A DNA stretch of 64,000 bases from Mobula hypostoma (taxonomy: Eukaryota): NCBI RefSeq assembly GCF_963921235.1, contig NC_086097.1, positions 58,716,001-58,780,000 of the forward strand. The letters run 5' to 3'. Position 1 is the first letter of the stretch; every line of letters begins with the position of its first letter. Below are positions 58,427 through 64,000 of the stretch, piece after piece. The notes under the pieces are model-generated. The model was not told where the DNA came from. It saw only the letters and a list, made by a program, of their open reading frames with translations, and searched no databases. Made by a program: the position numbers and the translations under genes.

Positions 58427-58787
58427 GAGAGGAATCTAAGGCAACTATAATAATTAGTTTAACATTACTTGTATACAGCATCTGAAACCTGAACTGGAGG
58501 AATAAGTTAGTGAACACATGAAGTGTGCAGAATATTATTATTCAGCTGGATTGGTTAAGAAAAGTCACATTGAACAACATTGAAACATTTTGAAGGAGCA
58601 ACCATTAATGAGGAAATGAAAATCCACTATGTATATTTGACAAACTGTTATATAGGAGATACTTCACAAAAATAAAGTTGAGCAACTTTATGATAAATAA
58701 ACATGAAGAAATTAAAGTGCTGATTGATCAATACAAAAACAAATTTTAAAGATAGTGACTGCTGCTGATATTGGAGGAATGTGTCCA

Positions 58788-60331
58788 AATCAGAATCCGA
58801 ATCAGAATCTGATTTTACTATCGTTGACATATGTCGTGAAGATTGTTGTTCTGTAGAGGTGGCACAGTGCAATATATACAACAACCTTTAAATTACAATA
58901 AGAAATATACACAAAGCATTAAATTAAATAAATAAGGCAAAAATAGTGAGGTAGTGTTTATGGGTTGGTTCATTGCCCATTCATTGCTACATTCCTCCTT
59001 AGAACACTTGGAGAATAAGGACTCATACGTAAGGCTCCTTTTCATTGACTACAGCTCTGCCTTTAATACCATCATTCCAAATAAACTGATTCCTAAGCTC
59101 CGGAACCTGCGCCTTAGCACTCAGATCTGCAGCTGGATCTTCAACTTCCTCACAGACAGGACCCAGGCTGTAAAAATAGGGGACAAGCTCTCCTCTGCAA
59201 TTGCTCTGAGAACCAGTGCCCCACAAGGCTGATGTACTCAGCCCCCTGCTGTACTCACTGTACACCCATGATTGTGTAGCCAAGTTTCCATCAAACTCAA
59301 TATATAAGTTTGCTGATGACACAACAATTGTAGGCCGTATCTCGGGTAATGATGAGTTTGAGTACAGAGAGGAAATTAAGAACCTGGTGGCATGGTGCGA
59401 AGACAATAACCTATCCCTCAACATCAGCAAGACGAAGGAATTGGTTGTTGACTTCAGAAGGAGTAGCGGACCACACGACCCAGTTTACATCGGTGGTACG
59501 CAAGTGGAACAAGTCAAAAGCTTTAAGTTCCTCAGGGTCAATATCACAAATGACCTGACTTGGTCCAACCAAGCAGAGTTCACTGCTAAGAAGGCCCACC
59601 AGCGCCTTTACTTCCTGAGAAAACTAAAGAAATTTGGCCTATCCCCTAAAACCCTCACTAATTTTTATAGATGCACCATAGAAAGCATTCTTCTAGGGTG
59701 CATCACAACCTAGTATGGAAGTTGTCCTGTCCAAGACTGAAAGAAGCTGCAGAAGATCGTGAACACGGCACAGCACATCACACAAACCAATCTTCCATCC
59801 TTGGACTCACTTTACACCGCATGCTGTCGAAGCAGTGCTGCCAGGATACTCAAGGACATGACCCACCCAGCCAACACACTTTTCATCCCTCTTCCCTCTG
59901 GGAGAAGGCTCAGGAGCTTGAAGACTCATATGGCCAGATTTGGGAACAGCTTCTTTCCAACTGTGATAAGACTGCTGAACGGATCCTGGCCCAGATCTGG
60001 GCCGTACCCACCAAATATCTGGACCTGCCTCTCGTTTTTTTTTGCATTACCTTACTTTCCATTTTTCTATTTTCTATTTGTGATTTATAATTTAATTTTT
60101 TAATATTTACTAATTTTTACTATTTTTAATATTTAATATTTGTAATCCAGGGAGTGGGAAGCGCAGAATCAAATATCGCTATGATGATTGTACGTTATAG
60201 TATCAATTGTTTGGCGACAATAAAGTGTAAAGTAATCCAAGTAAAGTAATCCAGTAATCCAGAAATCTGATGGCGGAGGGGAAGAAGCTGATCCTAAAAT
60301 GTTGAGTGCGTGCCTTCAGGCTCCTGTACCT
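58788..60331 (-). mobile_element. Rex1/Babar 3' end (58788-58981 and ~60259-60331) split by an opposite-strand Rex1/Babar
   Basis: (AATCAG)n tail at 58788-58810; host resumes cagaaatctgatggcggaggggaagaagctg (reverse complement of SFFPSAI). Confidence 0.8.
58982..60258 (+). mobile_element. 5'-truncated Rex1/Babar LINE
   Basis: [44 protein letters not shown]; tail aataaagtgtaaagtaatccaagtaaagtaatcc. Confidence 0.92.
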
Positions 60332-60429
60332 GTATATGCAATGTGTCTATTCTTGGAGGCAGTTTTTAGTCCAACTCATGTCCTGAAATATGCCTGTATT
60401 CGGATGATTTGGACCTGAGATTAATGAAT

Positions 60430-61020
60430 AGTATATTATACCATGCTACAATTGTTATATATGCAGATGTACTATAGATGGACTGTAAAATGGATAAGTG
60501 GATTAATGGAAATGGCAGACCAATATGCAGGTGCACTTGCTGATGAAGAGGGCAAATAGATTAGCTTTTATCCTGAAAGAGTTTGACAAAGTAGTAAGGA
60601 AATATTATTATAAATATACAGGATCTTAGTAAGGCTAGATGTAGTCTTCCTATGAAGTGATATGTTTGGCAAAGTATGAGTTCGGTGAAGGTTTACCAGA
60701 CTGGTTCCAAGCATGACAGGTTTGCTGAATGAGGAGAGATCTAGTAAACTGAGAATGTATTTTCTAGCAGAATGAGATGAGATCTCATCAAAATGTACAA
60801 AATTTTTAAAAGGTTTGACATGCTGGATGTAAGGAGGATATTTCCCCTGACTAAGGATTCTGGTACTAAAGGGAAAGAGTTTGAGATTAATGGGTAGGCT
60901 GTTTAGGACAGCAGTCAGAAGAAATTTCTTCACTCAGACGGTGGTCATTCTTGGGAGTTCTCTATCTTAGATGGCTATGGAGGTTGAGTCAGATAATATT
61001 CAAGGTGTATGGGAATGATG
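60430..61020 (+). mobile_element. Old CR1 3' fragment
   Basis: gatctcatcaaaatgtacaaaatt, agaaatttcttcactcagacggtgg. Confidence 0.7.
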
Positions 61021-61029
61021 CTGTGGAAG

Positions 61030-61280
61030 AAGATAGTGCAGTAGTTAGTGTAATGATATTACAGCACCAGTGATCCAGGTTCAATTCCAGCGTCTGTCTG
61101 GAAAAGAAGTTTGTACATTCGCCATGTGATTCTATGGGTTTCCTTCAGGTGCTGTAGCTTTCTCCCATATTCTTATGGTGTAATTGTTAGGTGGTTAATT
61201 GGTCCCATGGGTGTAATTGGACCGCGTGTGCTTGTTGGGCTGGAGAACCTGTTACATGCTGTATCTCTAAATAAAAAAAA
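61030..61280 (+). mobile_element. tRNA-derived V-SINE (HE1-like)
   Basis: A-box-like tagtgcagtagttag, B box ggttcaattcc (61078-61088), V-domain agtttgtacattc.ccatgtga.tctatgggtttccttcaggtgct.tagctttctccca, A-rich end. Confidence 0.8.
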
Positions 61281-62439
61281 CTTGTGATGTTAATATATGT
61301 AAGTCAGAATAAAGTTGAAGGGTCAATGCTTCTATTATTTATGCACTTATGTAACTTAATACAAATACAGTATGTGGAGCGGAACTATTGAGAAAGATAT
61401 AGAAGATCTGGACACTGAATAGTCTGGAGAAAGGGAAAGTTGGTGTTTCAAGCCCATAATTCACTTTGAAGGTGAAAATAGAACCATTGAAAGCTGATCA
61501 ACATTTTAAGTAATAGAAACTGGAAAAAAAAAGAATGAAAACTTTGGATAAGAAAATGGTTAGATCACACTTTGGGGCAGTTTGAAAGATATTACAAGCA
61601 TATATTACAACTTGGAAAGATAATGATGGGGACTGAAAACTGCAGTAATAGAGGCAGATAAAACTCTGGTGCCAATTTCACTGGTAGATAGAAAGCAAAG
61701 TTGAAATTCAGTGGGGATATTAGAAACAAAAGATTTTGACGGGGAGAATTGGTACAAACCTTTTTTTGCAGCAAGTGATGAAGTGTTGCCGATCAAAATT
61801 GTCATTGAGATATAGGAACAGAGAAAACATAGATTGCTGTTAGCTCATAAAATGCTATATTAGTACGACTAAAGGATTACTGCATCTTTTTTGGTCAGGC
61901 TGAATGGAGAAAGGACATTCAAAAAACACAGTGATGGTGGGCTCAGGTCAAGGAAGGGAAGTGTAGTTAGTCATGGGCTGTTCCAGTGAGGAACTGAGGC
62001 ATGTAGAATGGTTTTGTATTCAGGATGACCTCTACCACTCACTGCCTGGCACCTCACTACTACTACTATCCTCCAGCACCACAATTGATGGAAGATAGTT
62101 AAAAAGTGAAATAGAATGTATGCTCACCAGTTGCACATTAAGTTCACCAAAATTATCTGGAATCTCCTTGTTTGTATGTCACAGCTTACCTTTATCGGCT
62201 AGACCAGTTTTATGGAAGCTTGTTTATTGATGTTATGCAAATATTACCTGATAGATTTCACTGCTGGAGAATCAAAAACTTTGATTTCCTGGCAAATAAA
62301 TGTTACTTTCCTTTGCAGGTCTGGATAGAATTTATTTGCTGCTATTAAAGTTTCATTCGGGTTTGTGGCAGGTTAATGAATCTCTTTTTGTTGAAATGGG
62401 CTATTCTGCCGACCCAAACTGAAACATGCTTTAAGCAGA

Positions 62440-64000
62440 CGAAGGTGCATTGCCACGACTGAAAGTGAGAGAAGTGGGGAGGGCTCCAAGTCATGGCTAA
62501 AATGAAGCAGCAGGAAACTTCCTCTATCCGGCATCTTGTTAGTAAATGTACAGTTGCAGGAGAACATGATTGAGTACCCAAAGGCAAGGTTGCTGTATCA
62601 GAGGGAAATGAGGAATTGCTGCAGTCTATGTTTCATGGAGACATGGTTCACTTTGAACACACTGGATATATCTGTAAATCCTGAGGGCTTCTCGATACAC
62701 AGGATGGACTGGACTGCTGATTCGGAGAAGGCAAAAGGCGGCGATCTGTATTTCACAATAAACTCATCATGGTGCTTGGACACAGTGGTCTTGTCGCTCC
62801 CAACCTGGAAGACCTAACAATTCTACTTACCATGGTGCTGACCATTCTACTTACCAAGAGAGTTCTCCTCTGTGATCCTGACAGACCACCAAAGGCTAAT
62901 GTTAAGCAGGCACTCGATGTATTGAGTGCTGATATCTTCAAACAAGAAACAGCCTAACCTGATGCTTTTCAAATCATTGTTGGTGACTTTAGTCAGGCTT
63001 TCTTGAAGAAATATTTGCCCAATTATCATCAACATAACACCTGCAGTACCAGGGGTCTCAACACACTTGACAACTCGACCACACTCGACTGAGATGAGGA
63101 ATGTCTACCATACCATGCCTAGACAGTTTCTCATGAAATCTTGGCTGCCCTCTTTCTACCTACATACAGGCAAGAATACAGAGATAAGGACAACAAAGAG
63201 ATGGTCATGGGAGGCAGAGGAGCAGTTATGGGATTGCTTCAAGTTGGTGCACTGGGCCATGTACAAGGACTAATCAGAGGATCTGAACTAATACACCATG
63301 GTTGTCACAGACTTTATAAAAACAATTGTAGAGATATGTGGTCCCTCACAAATCATTCAGAATCTTTCCCATCCAGAAGTTCTAGATGAACCATGAGATC
63401 CACAATCCGCTGAGGGCTAGTTCGGTGGTGTTCATGTCTTGTGACCAAGTAAAATACAAGAAGTCCAGGAACAACCTCCAGAAAGCCATCTCACCTGTGA
63501 TTTGCCATGTCTGGACTAAACCTGAATGACAGAAAGATGCTTGCCAGGCATGTCAGGGCTTGAATAATATGACTCCTACAAAGGGAAACCAGGTGGCATA
63601 GGCTTTGATCCCAGATGAGCCTAATGCCTTTTATGCTCGCTTTGGCCATCAAAACATGGAGTCATCTTCATTAATTTCCACAGACTCTGATGACCCCTCT
63701 GATTTCAATCTCTGAGGCCAGTGTGAGAGTATCCTTCATGAGCATTAACCCACTGCTCAGACAGGCTACCTGTGCTGATCGACTGGCCAGAGTGTTCACT
63801 GAGATCTTTAGCCTCCTGCTTCGGCAGTCTGAGGTACCCACCTGTTTCAAGCAGGCTTCAATTATTTCAGTGCCTAAGAAGAATATGGTAACCTGCCTCA
63901 ATAACTATTGTCCAGTAGCACTTAACATTTGACAGTAATGAAGTGCTTTGAGAGGTTGGTGATGGAACATATCATCTCCTGCCTGGATCCAGTTCCAATA
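62440..64000 (+). mobile_element. Decayed Rex1/Babar LINE (APE to RT start), running off the window end
   Basis: PLSGILLVNVQLQEN, LCFMETW, GFSIHRMD, IVGDF, EVPTCFKQASIISVPKK..CLNNYCPVAL. Confidence 0.85.

Noticed and set aside
61030..61095. tRNA gene
   Set aside because: A/B boxes run straight into a V-SINE core with no cloverleaf; it is a SINE head.

Overview
Repeat-dominated, AT-rich eukaryotic DNA with no recognisable host exon. The repeat repertoire (V-domain HE1-like SINE, CR1 with esterase ORF1, Rex1/Babar, RTE, Penelope/GIY-YIG) points by inference to a cartilaginous fish, probably a ray. The main structure is a four-layer nest at about 7.8-17.6 kb. A decayed class I (epsilon-like) endogenous retrovirus has a tRNA-Ser PBS and a 13-unit 22-bp array in its leader. 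A Gypsy element splits its integrase, a CR1 3' end splits the Gypsy RT, and a 1.34-kb solo LTR splits that CR1. The most unusual element is a second Gypsy (45518-49125, CCCAT TSD). It has no tRNA PBS but has a perfect 15-nt complement to its own LTR R region (candidate self-priming), and its RT motif reads YLDN rather than YLDD. Also present: two long RTE LINEs, several Rex1/Babar and CR1 copies (one with three 100-bp CCAAT promoter monomers), a Charlie/Buster hAT derivative with an 8-bp TSD, Penelope fragments with hammerhead-like motifs, short Penelope fold-back elements, and a 51-bp minisatellite split by Rex1 copies. All calls come from reading motifs by eye; no database searches were run.
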